DNA of 64,000 bases from an uncultured Ruminococcus sp. GTDB taxonomy: Bacteria > Bacillota > Clostridia > Oscillospirales > CAG-382. Within the stretch, counting starts at the first letter, position 1. Every line of letters begins with the position of its first letter. Positions 38,704-48,695 of this stretch are shown one piece after another. Made by a program: the position numbers and the translations under genes. The notes below the pieces were generated by a model. The model was given only the letters and a program-made list of their open reading frames with translations, searched no databases and was not told the DNA's origin. Location: contig CAZJVB010000007.1 in assembly GCA_964549435.1 (NCBI GenBank), positions 571 to 64,570 of the forward strand. Reading direction: 5' to 3'.

Positions 38704-39462
38704 TTACGAAAGTTTCCCAACAAAATAGTACGCATTTTCACGATATTTTGCATCCGCCTTTTCCCACATCGGCACGCAACGCATCAGATCACAGGGGGCA
38801 GACAGAATCCTTCCCTTTTGCAATTCTTTATCGGTCAGCAGCGCCTCCACCCGATTATATGCCTGATAAACCCCGCGAAAATCATGAGCAAGGCAGCGCT
38901 GCTCCGAGCGGCTTCCATCCTCATGGATCATGGTATACGTATAGCAGTTCTCAAACAGATAATCCGGACGTGTGAGCTCCTCCACCGCGTGCATGGACGT
39001 ATTACAATTAGTGCCGCACCCAAGAAACAGAATACTTCCATCTAATTCCATTACTCGATGAAACGGCGAATTTCTGCCTGCAGGAGTGTCATCCAGATGA
39101 TGACCGCCGACGACAGTATCCCGCTGCTCACCGATCGCGCAGCAGGAATGCGTTGGGCAGAGGCTGCGTCGGACGCCGGGAACAGAGGTCCGAAAATATT
39201 CCGGCAAAGCGCCAACATTGGAAGGCGTGTTCCGCACATCGAAGGTCAGGGAATGCGCCGGTCCGCAAAATAGATAACTGAGCGCCGGAAATACCAGCGT
39301 ACCATGATCGCCAAGTGCCAGCCGCAGACCGTCAATAACTTCCTGCGGGAGCAGCCCCGGTCTGCCAAGCGAGCGAAACGAGGCATGTACCAGCAGCACA
39401 CTTCCCGGACGAACGCCGAGCGCCAGCGCGTCGGAAGCGATTTCTTTCACAACTTCATTCAT
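38704..39462 (-). CDS. AAC(3)-family (Antibiotic_NAT fold) N-acetyltransferase, YokD-like
   Basis: LGVRPGSVLLVHASFRSLG...VIDGLRLALGDHGTLVFPALSY... matches the N-terminal signature of aminoglycoside 3-N-acetyltransferase-family proteins. Confidence 0.65.
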   Translation of the reverse strand: MNEVVKEIASDALALGVRPGSVLLVHASFRSLGRPGLLPQEVIDGLRLALGDHGTLVFPALSYLFCGPAHSLTFDVRNTPSNVGALPEYFRTSVPGVRRSLCPTHSCCAIGEQRDTVVGGHHLDDTPAGRNSPFHRVMELDGSILFLGCGTNCNTSMHAVEELTRPDYLFENCYTYTMIHEDGSRSEQRCLAHDFRGVYQAYNRVEALLTDKELQKGRILSAPCDLMRCVPMWEKADAKYRENAYYFVGKLS

Positions 39463-39497
39463 AAATTCCGTAAATTCCTTTCGTCTGCCGGCATCCG

Positions 39498-41345
39498 TCA
39501 GTCAGATCTGCCTTTATACCATTTGGTCGTCACCGGCGGTATGAGTACCTCCCCAATCGTAGCATCATTCGTAAACAAGTCAACCGTTTCGGTATCAAAA
39601 ACCCACTTTACTTCACGATTCGACCGATTGGAGATGACAGTCAATTTTTCATCCCCAGCATAGCGGCAGAACACAAAAGTTTCCGGTGGACTTTCCAATA
39701 CGGAAAAGCCTTCCGCCGATAGAAGCGGCTCCTGTGCGCGACAGCGATTAACGGAACGGAAGCTATCATACAGCGTCGGATCGATCCGTCCCCACGGAAA
39801 CGGAAGCCGGTTGAACGGATCATGATATCCCTCTAGCCCAGCTTCATCCCCATAGTAAATGCAGGGGACTCCCGGAAGCGATGCCAGCAACGCATACCCA
39901 CATCGCAGCAGATCCATCGCCCTTTTCCGCTGCTCCGGCGTCATGCGACGAACGGCAAGCACGGCATTCTCCTCACCGGTATCCGGTTCTCCGCCGAGGA
40001 CTGTCAGAATACGCTCGGTATCATGTGTCCCGATACTATTCATCGTATGCGCGAGCGCCTTCGGAGGATAATGACAATACAGCGTTTCCGTCACGGCACG
40101 CAGAATGGAAGCATCTCCTTCCCTCAGAAATGCGATCATACCGTTTCTGAGCGGATAATTCATCACACCGTCCAGCTGTTTTCCACGAAAATAGCGCTTG
40201 CGTTCATCATAAGCGATCTTGTTGGAAGCATCCTCCCAGACTTCCCCGATTACGGCAGCGTCCGGTTTTTCCGCCTTAATCGCCGCGACTATTTCTTCCA
40301 GAAATTCACTTTCCAGCTCGTCAACAACATCCAAACGAAAGCCATCGGCGCCCATACGCAGATATTTCGGAATCACCTGTTTACAGATGAACGAACGATA
40401 AGATTCACACTTTACTGTTTTTGGCAGATTTTTGATTCCCCACCAACATTCATAATCATTCGGATAACTCCGGAAATGAAACCATGGAAAATACGGAGAT
40501 TCCTTCGACTGGTACGCGCCTGCGGACGGATACTTTCCATAGCGGTTAAAATAAACGCTGTCATCCCCGACATGATTGAACACGCCGTCTAAAATGACAT
40601 GCATTCCCCTCGCGTGCGCCTGTTGCAGCAAAAAAGCCAGCGCGGCGTCCCCGCCGAAGGAAGGATCTACCTGTAAATAATCGCCAGTATCATATTTATG
40701 ATTGGAGAAGGCGCTCGCCACCGGGCTGAGGTACAATACCGTTATCCCCAGATCCTTCAGATAGTCCAGCTTTTCTGCCACACCGTACAGATCACCGCCG
40801 AAATGCGTATTATTCGGATAGGGTTGTCCTGCGACAGCGGGATATTCGGGAATCCCGTTTGTCCAGTCCTCGCAGTATACTGCGTCCGGACGGCGCGGCG
40901 AACGGCCGCTCTTGTAAAATCGATCCACAAAAACTTGATAAAACACACCGTTATCCAGCCAATCCGGCGATGGATAGGCGGAACGGTACACCGTCAGCTG
41001 AAATTCATTCACAAAATGATCCGAGAAGGCAAGCCGATTTTCCTCGCAGACAGTATAGCGGCGGCCGCCGGAGGTTTCTGCTTCAAAGTGAAAGAAAAAC
41101 AGCCCGTCTCCCTCCGGCGCAATTTCTTCTGTCTTTACCGTACAGGCAAAAACGCGCAAAGAATCCTCTTCACACAGGAAAGGCGCTTCCTTCTGAAGAA
41201 GCACCTTTTCATCATTACCCAGATAAAAACGGACTTGCCCAGCATCGAAAATTCCCAGTTCAAACCGAATTTCACTGCCGAACGGAATGGTATACGACCC
41301 GGTCTCGGAGCCGTCCCGCAGGACACGAAGAAAGGATGCCTTCAT
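39498..41345 (-). CDS. GH13 alpha-glycosidase (neopullulanase/cyclomaltodextrinase/amylase-like, cytoplasmic)
   Basis: GH13 regions DGVFNHVG, GFRLDVVDEL, GEVWED and IGTHDTERI. No signal peptide. These are not the branching-enzyme motifs. Confidence 0.8.
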   Translation of the reverse strand: MKASFLRVLRDGSETGSYTIPFGSEIRFELGIFDAGQVRFYLGNDEKVLLQKEAPFLCEEDSLRVFACTVKTEEIAPEGDGLFFFHFEAETSGGRRYTVCEENRLAFSDHFVNEFQLTVYRSAYPSPDWLDNGVFYQVFVDRFYKSGRSPRRPDAVYCEDWTNGIPEYPAVAGQPYPNNTHFGGDLYGVAEKLDYLKDLGITVLYLSPVASAFSNHKYDTGDYLQVDPSFGGDAALAFLLQQAHARGMHVILDGVFNHVGDDSVYFNRYGKYPSAGAYQSKESPYFPWFHFRSYPNDYECWWGIKNLPKTVKCESYRSFICKQVIPKYLRMGADGFRLDVVDELESEFLEEIVAAIKAEKPDAAVIGEVWEDASNKIAYDERKRYFRGKQLDGVMNYPLRNGMIAFLREGDASILRAVTETLYCHYPPKALAHTMNSIGTHDTERILTVLGGEPDTGEENAVLAVRRMTPEQRKRAMDLLRCGYALLASLPGVPCIYYGDEAGLEGYHDPFNRLPFPWGRIDPTLYDSFRSVNRCRAQEPLLSAEGFSVLESPPETFVFCRYAGDEKLTVISNRSNREVKWVFDTETVDLFTNDATIGEVLIPPVTTKWYKGRSD

Positions 41346-43783
41346 ATCGACTCCCCGTCTTTATGAAGCGGTCTGATTTTCCAAATGCGTTCAGCGTATT
41401 CCCGGATGCTTCGATCCGCAGCAAAATAGCCTGCTTTCGAAATGTTCATCAAAGACATCCGGTTCCAGCGCTGCCGGTCCGCATATGCCCCGATCATTCT
41501 ATCATGTGCCTCAGCGTAAAAATCATAATCTGCAAGACACATGAATGGATCAGAAACTCCGTAAGAATACAGCAGGTATTTCGCAATGTCCGAGAAAGAG
41601 CGCCCAGCATACCCTGCCTGCAAACTGTCAAGGGCACGTTTGAGCCGTTGGGAACGGTTATAGTATTCCGAAGAAAAATATCCCTTTCGCCAAAGTTCTT
41701 CCACCTCCTCGGCGGTATGGCCGAAGATGAAGATATTGTCTTTGCCGAGCAGATTTGCCATTTCCACATTGGCGCCGTCCAGTGTTCCGATCGTCAGCGC
41801 ACCGTTAATCATAAACTTCATATTGCCAGTACCGCTCGCCTCTTTTCCCGCCAAAGAGATCTGTTCGCTGATTTCAGCGGCAGGCATTAAATGCTCCGCC
41901 AGCGTGACATTATAGTTTTCCAGAAAAACGACACGCAGTTTTTTCCGCAGAAGCGGATCACGATCGATATCCGCACCAAGGAAGCAGATGAGACGAAGGA
42001 TATCCTTGGCAAGATAATAGCCGGGCGCCGCTTTAGCGGAAAACAGAAAAGTTTTCGGCGGAACTTCCAGCGAGGGATTCTCCTTCAGCTGCTGATACAG
42101 GTCAATAATATGAAGAGCATTGAGCAGCTGCCGTTTATATTCGTGCAGACGCTTCGCCTGCACATCAAAAATGCTTTCCGGATCGATCTCAATTCCCTTG
42201 GTATCCCGGATATATCGCGCAAAATCCTCTTTGTTCCGTTTCTTGATCTCTTCCAACCGTTCCAGCACGGCACCGTCCTCCGCAAACGCGGCAAACTTTT
42301 CCAGTTCCTCCGGATGCTTCCGATAGCCGTCACCAATCGTTTCATCCAGCAGTGCCGCCAAACGGGGATTGGAATAACAAAGCCACTTACGATGAGCAAT
42401 GCCATTGGTTACATTAGTGAATCGTTCGGGATACAGATCATAATAATCTCGGAATACTGCGGTTTTCAGAATCTCCGAATGCAGTCCCGATACACCGTTG
42501 ACACAGTGAGAACCGACGACAGACAGGTTTGCCATTCGGACCAGTCCGTGATCCAGAATCGCCATACGACCGACTTTATCCCAATCGCCGGTAAAACGTT
42601 CCCAAGCCAGCTTACAGAAGCGCTCGTTGATCTCCCGGATGATTGAGTGGATGCGCGGCAGCTTGATCGAGAAAAGATGCTCATTCCAAACCTCCAGCGC
42701 CTCCGGCAGAACGGTATGGTTGGTATAGGAAACCGTCTGGGTTGTGATCTCCCACGCGTGCTCCCAAGAAAAATGGTGCTGATCCATCAAAATCCGCATC
42801 AGCTCGGGAATCGCTAAAGCTGGATGCGTATCGTTGATATGAATAGCAACCCGATCCGGTAAATTTTCCAACGTTTTATACTGTGTAAGATGATTGCTGA
42901 CGATATTTTGCAGAGAAGCAGATACCAAAAAATACTGCTGTGAAAGACGCAGCAATTTTCCCTCATGATGATTGTCAGCAGGGTAAAGTACCTTGGAGAT
43001 GGTCTCCGCCATAGTGCTCTCTTCCAATGCTTTGATATACTGCCCCTGCGAAAATGCCTGCATGTCAAAATGATCCCGGTCGCGGGATTTCCATAAGCGA
43101 AGGGTATTGACCGTATCCGTACCGCCACCGGTAACGAACATATCGTAGGGCACTGCCTCTACCTCATCGCAGCCCTCCAGAACAACATTGCAATAGCCGT
43201 CCTGCCATTCCTCACGCACGGTGCCGCCGAACCGGACAATGACCTTCTCATCCTGACGCGGAACCAACCAGCAGTTGCCGTCCGGCAGCCAGATATCAGG
43301 CAGTTCCAACTGCTCGCCATCTACAACGCGCTGCTTGAACAGACCGTATTCATATAGAATGGAAAAGCCTTTGGCTGGATAGTCCTGCGAAGTCAGCGCA
43401 TCCAAAAAACAGGCGGCAAGTCTGCCTAAGCCGCCGTTTCCAAGTCCCGGATCCGGCTCCATCTCATAGATTTCCGTAAGGGAAAACCCATACGTTTCCA
43501 ATGCCCTTCGGTAAAATTCCTCCAAACCGAGATTACAGAGATGGAGTTTCAGGGTGCGTCCCATCAGAAATTCCATACACAGATAAAACACCTGCTTGGC
43601 GGATTGCTCCTTGGTCTTTTGCAGAAGTTTCCGGTTGCGGCTTCCCAACAAATCGCGCACTGAAAGAACCACCGCCTGATACATCTGCTGCGGTGTTGCC
43701 TCCTCCGGCGCGGTACCGAAATAGCGGGACAATTTATTAAGCAATGCCTCATTGACAGAGGACTGTTTGATTTGTTCAGACAT
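41342..43783 (-). CDS. glgP: glycogen/maltodextrin phosphorylase (GT35)
   Basis: EASGTGNMKFMINGALTIGTLDGANVE (PLP-lysine motif) and GLGNGGLGRLAACFLD. The ATG at 43783 avoids overlap with glgA. Confidence 0.9.
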   Translation of the reverse strand: MSEQIKQSSVNEALLNKLSRYFGTAPEEATPQQMYQAVVLSVRDLLGSRNRKLLQKTKEQSAKQVFYLCMEFLMGRTLKLHLCNLGLEEFYRRALETYGFSLTEIYEMEPDPGLGNGGLGRLAACFLDALTSQDYPAKGFSILYEYGLFKQRVVDGEQLELPDIWLPDGNCWLVPRQDEKVIVRFGGTVREEWQDGYCNVVLEGCDEVEAVPYDMFVTGGGTDTVNTLRLWKSRDRDHFDMQAFSQGQYIKALEESTMAETISKVLYPADNHHEGKLLRLSQQYFLVSASLQNIVSNHLTQYKTLENLPDRVAIHINDTHPALAIPELMRILMDQHHFSWEHAWEITTQTVSYTNHTVLPEALEVWNEHLFSIKLPRIHSIIREINERFCKLAWERFTGDWDKVGRMAILDHGLVRMANLSVVGSHCVNGVSGLHSEILKTAVFRDYYDLYPERFTNVTNGIAHRKWLCYSNPRLAALLDETIGDGYRKHPEELEKFAAFAEDGAVLERLEEIKKRNKEDFARYIRDTKGIEIDPESIFDVQAKRLHEYKRQLLNALHIIDLYQQLKENPSLEVPPKTFLFSAKAAPGYYLAKDILRLICFLGADIDRDPLLRKKLRVVFLENYNVTLAEHLMPAAEISEQISLAGKEASGTGNMKFMINGALTIGTLDGANVEMANLLGKDNIFIFGHTAEEVEELWRKGYFSSEYYNRSQRLKRALDSLQAGYAGRSFSDIAKYLLYSYGVSDPFMCLADYDFYAEAHDRMIGAYADRQRWNRMSLMNISKAGYFAADRSIREYAERIWKIRPLHKDGESI

Positions 43784-43799
43784 AACTTGGATACTCCGG

Positions 43800-45248
43800 T
43801 TATTGATGAATAGTTTCAGAAAGGGGATCAAGGGAGCGATACAGCTCAAGATACTTTGCAGCTGAAAGCTCCCAAGAAAAATCGGTCAGCATCACACGGC
43901 GGGTCAGCTTTTTCCATACATCCCGATCCCGGTAGCACTGAAGCGCGTTGCGAACCGCACAAAGCATATCCCACGCATTGTAGGAAGAAAACGTAAAGCC
44001 GTTTCCACCGCCTTCACAGCCTGCATCCCGGATACTGTCATACAGCCCGCCGGTCTCATGCACGACCGGAACGGTTCCGTAGCGTGAACAAATCATCTGC
44101 GCAAGACCGCAAGGCTCGGTACGTGAAGGCATCAGGAAGATATCTGCGCCGGCATAAATCTGCTTTGCCATAACCTGATCAAACCGCAGAAGCACGCGGC
44201 AACGATCGGCATGACGTTCCGCAAGATGCCAGAAGAAATCCTCATAATAGAAATCCCCCTTTCCTAACAGCACCAGCTGTACATCCTCCTCCAGCAGGTC
44301 GTCCGCACCCAAGGTCAACAGATCCAAGCCCTTGGAATCCACCAGTCGGGTAATCATGGCAATGAGCGGAACTTCCGGACGCTCCGGCAGGCCAAGCTGA
44401 CGCTGCAGCTCTGCCTTGCATACCGCCTTACCCGCCATGCGATTGACATGAAAGTTTGCGGGCAGCTCCGTATTTTTAGACGGGCTGTAGGTCTCCCGAT
44501 CGATCCCATTCAGAATGCCGGACAGCTTTCCGCTGCACAGATGAAGAACAGAATCCAGCCCATAAGAGTATTTTGGAAGAAGGATTTCCTTTGCATAGGT
44601 AGGGCTGACCGTTGTGACACGGTCGGCACAGATCACCGCTCCCTTGAGCAGATTGATGCAATCGCCGTATTCCACAATCTCGCGGTCGGAAGGCAGCAGA
44701 TCAAACACATCCCCCAACAGCTCAAAGCCGTATTTCCCCTGATACTGGATGTTGTGAATGGTAAACACCGTACGAATATCCGCATAGCGCTCTATCAGAC
44801 CGTACTTCCTCTTGAGATAAATCACAGAAAGTGCGGCCTGCCAATCATGGGCATGGAGAACATCCGGAAAAAAGTCGATAACCGGCAGCAGATCGATCAC
44901 AGCGCGGCAAAAGAATGCAAACCGCTCAGCGTCGTCAAATTCTCCATACAGAGATCCGCGCTTGAAGTAATACTCATTGTCCAGAAAATAGTAGATCACA
45001 TTCCGGTAAGTAACGGTAAAAATACCACAGTACTGATTCCGCCAACTCAACGTGACATATTTGCTGGTCAGAAAAGTCAGTTTTTCACGCCACGCAGCGC
45101 TCATAGTGCCGTACAGTGGCATGATGACACGGATATCGTCTTCCGGCGACGCCTTTTTCAGGGCGACAGGGAGAGACCCGATGACATCCGCAAGTCCGCC
45201 GGACGCGGCAAAAGGGGTGGATTCCGAGGCGACAAACAAAAGCTTCAT
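43800..45248 (-). CDS. glgA: glycogen synthase (ADP-glucose type)
   Basis: MKLLFVASESTPFAASGGLADVIGSLP..., HAHDWQAAL and PSRTEPCGLAQM. The ATG at 45248 gives the canonical N-terminus. Confidence 0.9.
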   Translation of the reverse strand: MKLLFVASESTPFAASGGLADVIGSLPVALKKASPEDDIRVIMPLYGTMSAAWREKLTFLTSKYVTLSWRNQYCGIFTVTYRNVIYYFLDNEYYFKRGSLYGEFDDAERFAFFCRAVIDLLPVIDFFPDVLHAHDWQAALSVIYLKRKYGLIERYADIRTVFTIHNIQYQGKYGFELLGDVFDLLPSDREIVEYGDCINLLKGAVICADRVTTVSPTYAKEILLPKYSYGLDSVLHLCSGKLSGILNGIDRETYSPSKNTELPANFHVNRMAGKAVCKAELQRQLGLPERPEVPLIAMITRLVDSKGLDLLTLGADDLLEEDVQLVLLGKGDFYYEDFFWHLAERHADRCRVLLRFDQVMAKQIYAGADIFLMPSRTEPCGLAQMICSRYGTVPVVHETGGLYDSIRDAGCEGGGNGFTFSSYNAWDMLCAVRNALQCYRDRDVWKKLTRRVMLTDFSWELSAAKYLELYRSLDPLSETIHQ

Positions 45249-45298
45249 AATGGCAAACTTCCTTTCCTGAAATAACTCGAAGCACGCTTGATCATATG

Positions 45299-46423
45299 CT
45301 ACACTTCGGCAAGCTTCTCGATATAGAACGGATGGCTTTCGTGCCCGGAAAGCACACGTCCATCCCGAATGGTCACACACTTATCCGTAATGACGCCGTT
45401 CAGATAAACATGATTGCCGACATAGGTATCCTGCATCAGAATGCAGTTTTCCACGCTGGTGTTTTTCCCAATATGAACACCACGGAAAATGATCGAATTT
45501 TCAACAATCCCTTCGATCACACAGCCATCTGCTACCAAAGAATTTTTGACCAGCGAATCCTCGGCATAAATCGTCGGTGCAGAGTTCCGCACCTTGGTCA
45601 GAATCGGACGATTCTTCACCTGAAACAGCAGCTTTCGGATCTCCGGGTTCAAAAGCTCCATATTCCGCCGATAATACTCCGATATATTCCCGACCGTTTC
45701 ACAGTATCCGTCATATCGGAAAATCCGAAAATTGCTCGTTCTCGCACAACGTGTCAGAAGATCACGCGTAAGGCTGGTATATCCGTGAGCAACCGCCTCG
45801 GTCAACTGAGAAAGCAGAAAATGCCGGTTCATCACCAGAATATGCATTTGCACATCTTTATTTCCGGAAACACTGTCATTATAATCGGTTACATCAATAA
45901 TTCGGCCATCTCCCGTTGCATGCACCACGCTAACATCGGCAACATCCGGCACAAAACGGTTGCAAACCGCGACGGTAACATCTGCACCGCTATCCCGGTG
46001 CGCACGCAGCATCTCGCCGAAATCCAGATTACAGATCAGATCACAGTCGGAAAGCAGCACTTGCTCCTCCTTACACTCGCTGATAAATCGGCGAGCGCTG
46101 ATCAACGCCTCCAGACGCGAAGCGTACAGCCCGTTCCCGCGATTGGCGAACGCCGTGATAAACGGCGGAAGAATTTTGATCCCTCCGTTGCGGCGCGCAA
46201 GATCCCAGTCCTTTCCGGTGCCGACGTGATCCATCAATGACTGATAATTATAATGTGCCAGAATACCAACCTTAGTAATCCCCGCATTAACCACATTGGA
46301 AAGCGTAAAATCGATTAAACGGTAACGGCATCCAAACGGAACCGAAGCCATCGTGCGTTCCCCGGTCAGTTCTGGAATATGACGCTCATTCATGCCGGCA
46401 AATAAAATCGCAACGGTACTCAT
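45299..46423 (-). CDS. glgD: glucose-1-phosphate adenylyltransferase, GlgD subunit
   Basis: [22 protein letters not shown] and a C-terminal left-handed beta-helix repeat region. It lacks the GGxGxRL motif of GlgC. It overlaps the glgC stop. Confidence 0.85.
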   Translation of the reverse strand: MSTVAILFAGMNERHIPELTGERTMASVPFGCRYRLIDFTLSNVVNAGITKVGILAHYNYQSLMDHVGTGKDWDLARRNGGIKILPPFITAFANRGNGLYASRLEALISARRFISECKEEQVLLSDCDLICNLDFGEMLRAHRDSGADVTVAVCNRFVPDVADVSVVHATGDGRIIDVTDYNDSVSGNKDVQMHILVMNRHFLLSQLTEAVAHGYTSLTRDLLTRCARTSNFRIFRYDGYCETVGNISEYYRRNMELLNPEIRKLLFQVKNRPILTKVRNSAPTIYAEDSLVKNSLVADGCVIEGIVENSIIFRGVHIGKNTSVENCILMQDTYVGNHVYLNGVITDKCVTIRDGRVLSGHESHPFYIEKLAEV

Positions 46424-47640
46424 ACGACTTCCCTTCCCTTCTTTACCTCTTCCAGTTCTCTTGCGCCGAAACGGGAATGATCCGGAACGACGATATCTGC
46501 AGGAAGCTCCAGTCCCCCGCCGACCAGCGTAATGCCGTCGGACTCCTCCATCGGTTTCCCAACGCGGGCGTTTTCACCGATTTGGGTATCACTGTCTATG
46601 ACGGCGTAATGTACCTCCGCACCTTCCCGAATGGTTACATCCTCAAAAATGACACTGTCACGAACCACGGCATTGCGCTCCACCACAACGCCGGCGGAAA
46701 GCACGCTGTTAATGACCGTGCCGTATATTTCACAGCCCTCGGTAATCATTGCATTACGAACCAAAGCGCTTTCTCCGACAAATTGCGGCGGACGGGCATC
46801 GCTGCGTGAATAAATCCGCCAGCCGCTGTCCTGCAGCGTCAACCTCGGATGTGCTCCGAGAAGATCCATATTCGCTTCCCAGAGACTTTCGATGGTGCCG
46901 ACATCCTTCCAGTAGCCGTGGAACGGAAATGCATACAAATTCTCACCGTTTTCCAGCATAGCGGGAATGATATTCTTTCCGAAATCCTTGGCGCTCTCCG
47001 GCTCCTTTTCATCCGCAATCAGATAAGCATACAGCTTGTCCTTGGAAAAAACATAGACACCCATAGACGCCTTGGTACTCTTCGGCTGCTTGGGCTTCTC
47101 TTCAAACTGGTAAATCCGGTCATTTTCATCAGTATTCATGATGCCGAACCGCCCGGCTTCCTCCAGCGGAACATCAAAAACCGCGATGGTGCAGTCGGCC
47201 CCTTTGGCTTTATGGAATTCCACCATCTCGGAGTAATCCATCTGATAAATATGGTCACCGGAAAGAATCACCACATAATCCGGATCAAACTTATCGATAA
47301 AGTGCATATTCTGATAAATTGCATTGGCAGTGCCTTTGTACCATTCGGAACGGTTCATCGCCTGATACGGCGGCAAGGTCATGACACCGCCATAAATGCG
47401 ATCCAAATCCCATGGCACCCCGTTTCCGATATACTCATTCAGCGCAAGCGGTTGATACTGCGTCAGGACACCGACCGCATCAATTCCGGAATTGACGCAA
47501 TTGGAAAGGGGAAAATCAATGATACGATACTTGCCGCCGAAATGGACGGCGGGTTTTGCAGTACGCTCTGTCAGAAGATACAACCTGCTGCCCTGCCCTC
47601 CCGCAAGCAGCATGGCGACTGTCTCTTTCTTTTTAGCCAT
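46420..47640 (-). CDS. glgC: glucose-1-phosphate adenylyltransferase
   Basis: [45 protein letters not shown]. Confidence 0.9.
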   Translation of the reverse strand: MAKKKETVAMLLAGGQGSRLYLLTERTAKPAVHFGGKYRIIDFPLSNCVNSGIDAVGVLTQYQPLALNEYIGNGVPWDLDRIYGGVMTLPPYQAMNRSEWYKGTANAIYQNMHFIDKFDPDYVVILSGDHIYQMDYSEMVEFHKAKGADCTIAVFDVPLEEAGRFGIMNTDENDRIYQFEEKPKQPKSTKASMGVYVFSKDKLYAYLIADEKEPESAKDFGKNIIPAMLENGENLYAFPFHGYWKDVGTIESLWEANMDLLGAHPRLTLQDSGWRIYSRSDARPPQFVGESALVRNAMITEGCEIYGTVINSVLSAGVVVERNAVVRDSVIFEDVTIREGAEVHYAVIDSDTQIGENARVGKPMEESDGITLVGGGLELPADIVVPDHSRFGARELEEVKKGREVV

Positions 47641-47721
47641 AGTCAGTTTTCTGTTCCCTTTCTTGAATTTTTGGTTATATAGGCAAGTTTTTTTGACAGT
47701 TCCCTTTATTTTCCACGTTTT

Positions 47722-47916
47722 TCAATCCGGTTCGGATACATCAGAAATCAACTCCGCCTCGGACTGCACGACATAAACCGTGCCGAACACATCGCCGTCC
47801 TCCTGATAGGGCAGGAGGTTTTCCCGGAAAGCGAAAAGCAGCGCAAGCGTCAGTCCGAGCAGCACTACAAAACCAACCACCTGCATCAGCCGGTCATAAA
47901 GCAGCTCCGGTTTCAA
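47722..47916 (-). CDS. hypothetical small single-TM protein at the head of the glg operon
   Basis: A TTG at 47916 follows a GAAAGGA RBS and lies downstream of the promoter at 47960-47988. Sequence (M)KPELLYDRLMQVVGFVVLLGLTLALLFAF... with an acidic tail. The longer track ORF would start inside the promoter. Confidence 0.35.
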   Translation of the reverse strand: MKPELLYDRLMQVVGFVVLLGLTLALLFAFRENLLPYQEDGDVFGTVYVVQSEAELISDVSEPD

Positions 47917-47959
47917 GAAACACCCGTCCTTTCTATAATTCCTTCTTAAACTTATAGGC

Positions 47960-47988
47960 AGTATATCACAAAAACCAATCCTTGGCAA
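47960..47988 (-). promoter_or_regulatory. sigma-A-like promoter of the glycogen operon (TTGCCA-17-TATACT)
   Basis: The minus strand reads TTGCCA (47988-47983), 17 nt, TATACT (47965-47960). Confidence 0.5.
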
Positions 47989-48051
47989 GAGCTTAATCGT
48001 CGAATCCGAAAAGTTTACGAAAAAATTGCAGGGGAAATTTTACAAAGACTC

Positions 48052-48080
48052 TTTACAAATCGGGAAGATTGTGCTATATT
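48052..48080 (+). promoter_or_regulatory. rpsO promoter (TTTACA-17-TATATT with TGc extended -10)
   Basis: TTTACA at 48052-48057, TGC at 48072-48074 and TATATT at 48075-48080. Confidence 0.55.
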
Positions 48081-48084
48081 AACA

Positions 48085-48228
48085 TGAACGGATTCCGTAT
48101 CCATTCCGAGCGAATTTTGAGGTTCGCCGTGTTATTACTGAAGATAGGCTGGGTTTGAGGCGACGCGTCCGTTCACCGGACCTCCGGCTCGGCTTATCCC
48201 GAAAAAATTTATGGAGGTGAACAAAAAA
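48085..48228 (+). promoter_or_regulatory. structured ~140-nt rpsO 5' leader (candidate S15 autoregulatory element)
   Basis: TGAACGGA (48085-48092) pairs with TCCGTTCA (48168-48175). CCGAGC (48106-48111) pairs with GCTCGG (48187-48192). The two helices interleave in a pseudoknot-like topology just upstream of the GGAGGTG RBS. Confidence 0.35.
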
Positions 48229-48495
48229 ATGCTTTTGAAGGATGAAAAGCAGCAAATCATCAAAAACTATGCTGTGCACGAAGGTGACACTGGTTCTGCC
48301 GAAGTGCAGATCGCCATTCTCACCACGAGAATCAAGCAGCTCACCGAGCATCTGAAAGCCAATCCGAAGGACAATCATTCCAGAAGAGGTCTTCACCAGA
48401 TGGTCAGCAAGAGAAAGAAATTCCTCGGCTATCTGCAGAAGAAGGATATCAACCGCTACCGTGCGATTGTGGAAAGCCTCGGTCTCAGAAAGTAA
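48229..48495 (+). CDS. rpsO: 30S ribosomal protein S15
   Basis: [69 protein letters not shown]. Confidence 0.93.
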   Translation: MLLKDEKQQIIKNYAVHEGDTGSAEVQIAILTTRIKQLTEHLKANPKDNHSRRGLHQMVSKRKKFLGYLQKKDINRYRAIVESLGLRK

Positions 48496-48515
48496 AACAG
48501 ATTTGCCACGCATGT

Positions 48516-48547
48516 ACAGGCAATGCGGCTCAAAACGCATTGCCTGT
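48516..48547 (+). other. 12-bp perfect hairpin in the rpsO-pnp spacer (attenuator/processing-site candidate)
   Basis: ACAGGCAATGCG-GCTCAAAA-CGCATTGCCTGT with no following U-tract. Confidence 0.45.
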
Positions 48548-48695
48548 GCTGCACCGCCCCTTCCGTAAGCCGGTTTATCATTTAGATATGCTCCGAAAAC
48601 CTTTCCGTATGTTCAGAAAGGACTTCGAAGCCGTATGTAAGTGTTAAACTTCGCTTGCGGCAACAAACATTCATGCTAAGAAAGGAATTGCCAAG

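Noticed and set aside
37924-39045. A 373-aa plus-strand ORF. Similar long plus-strand ORFs lie at 40859-41890, 44448-45275, 45296-46240 and 46849-47682.
   Set aside because: All are antisense to strongly supported minus-strand genes (kinase, AAC(3)-like, GH13, glgA, glgD, glgC). They are Arg/Ile/His-rich with no domains.
37549-39462. The AAC(3)-like plus APH-fold pair as an acquired aminoglycoside-resistance cassette.
   Set aside because: There are no flanking transposase, integrase, repeat or compositional break. The kinase motif looks like sugar (NahK) kinases rather than APH(3'). It is kept only as a context oddity in the findings.
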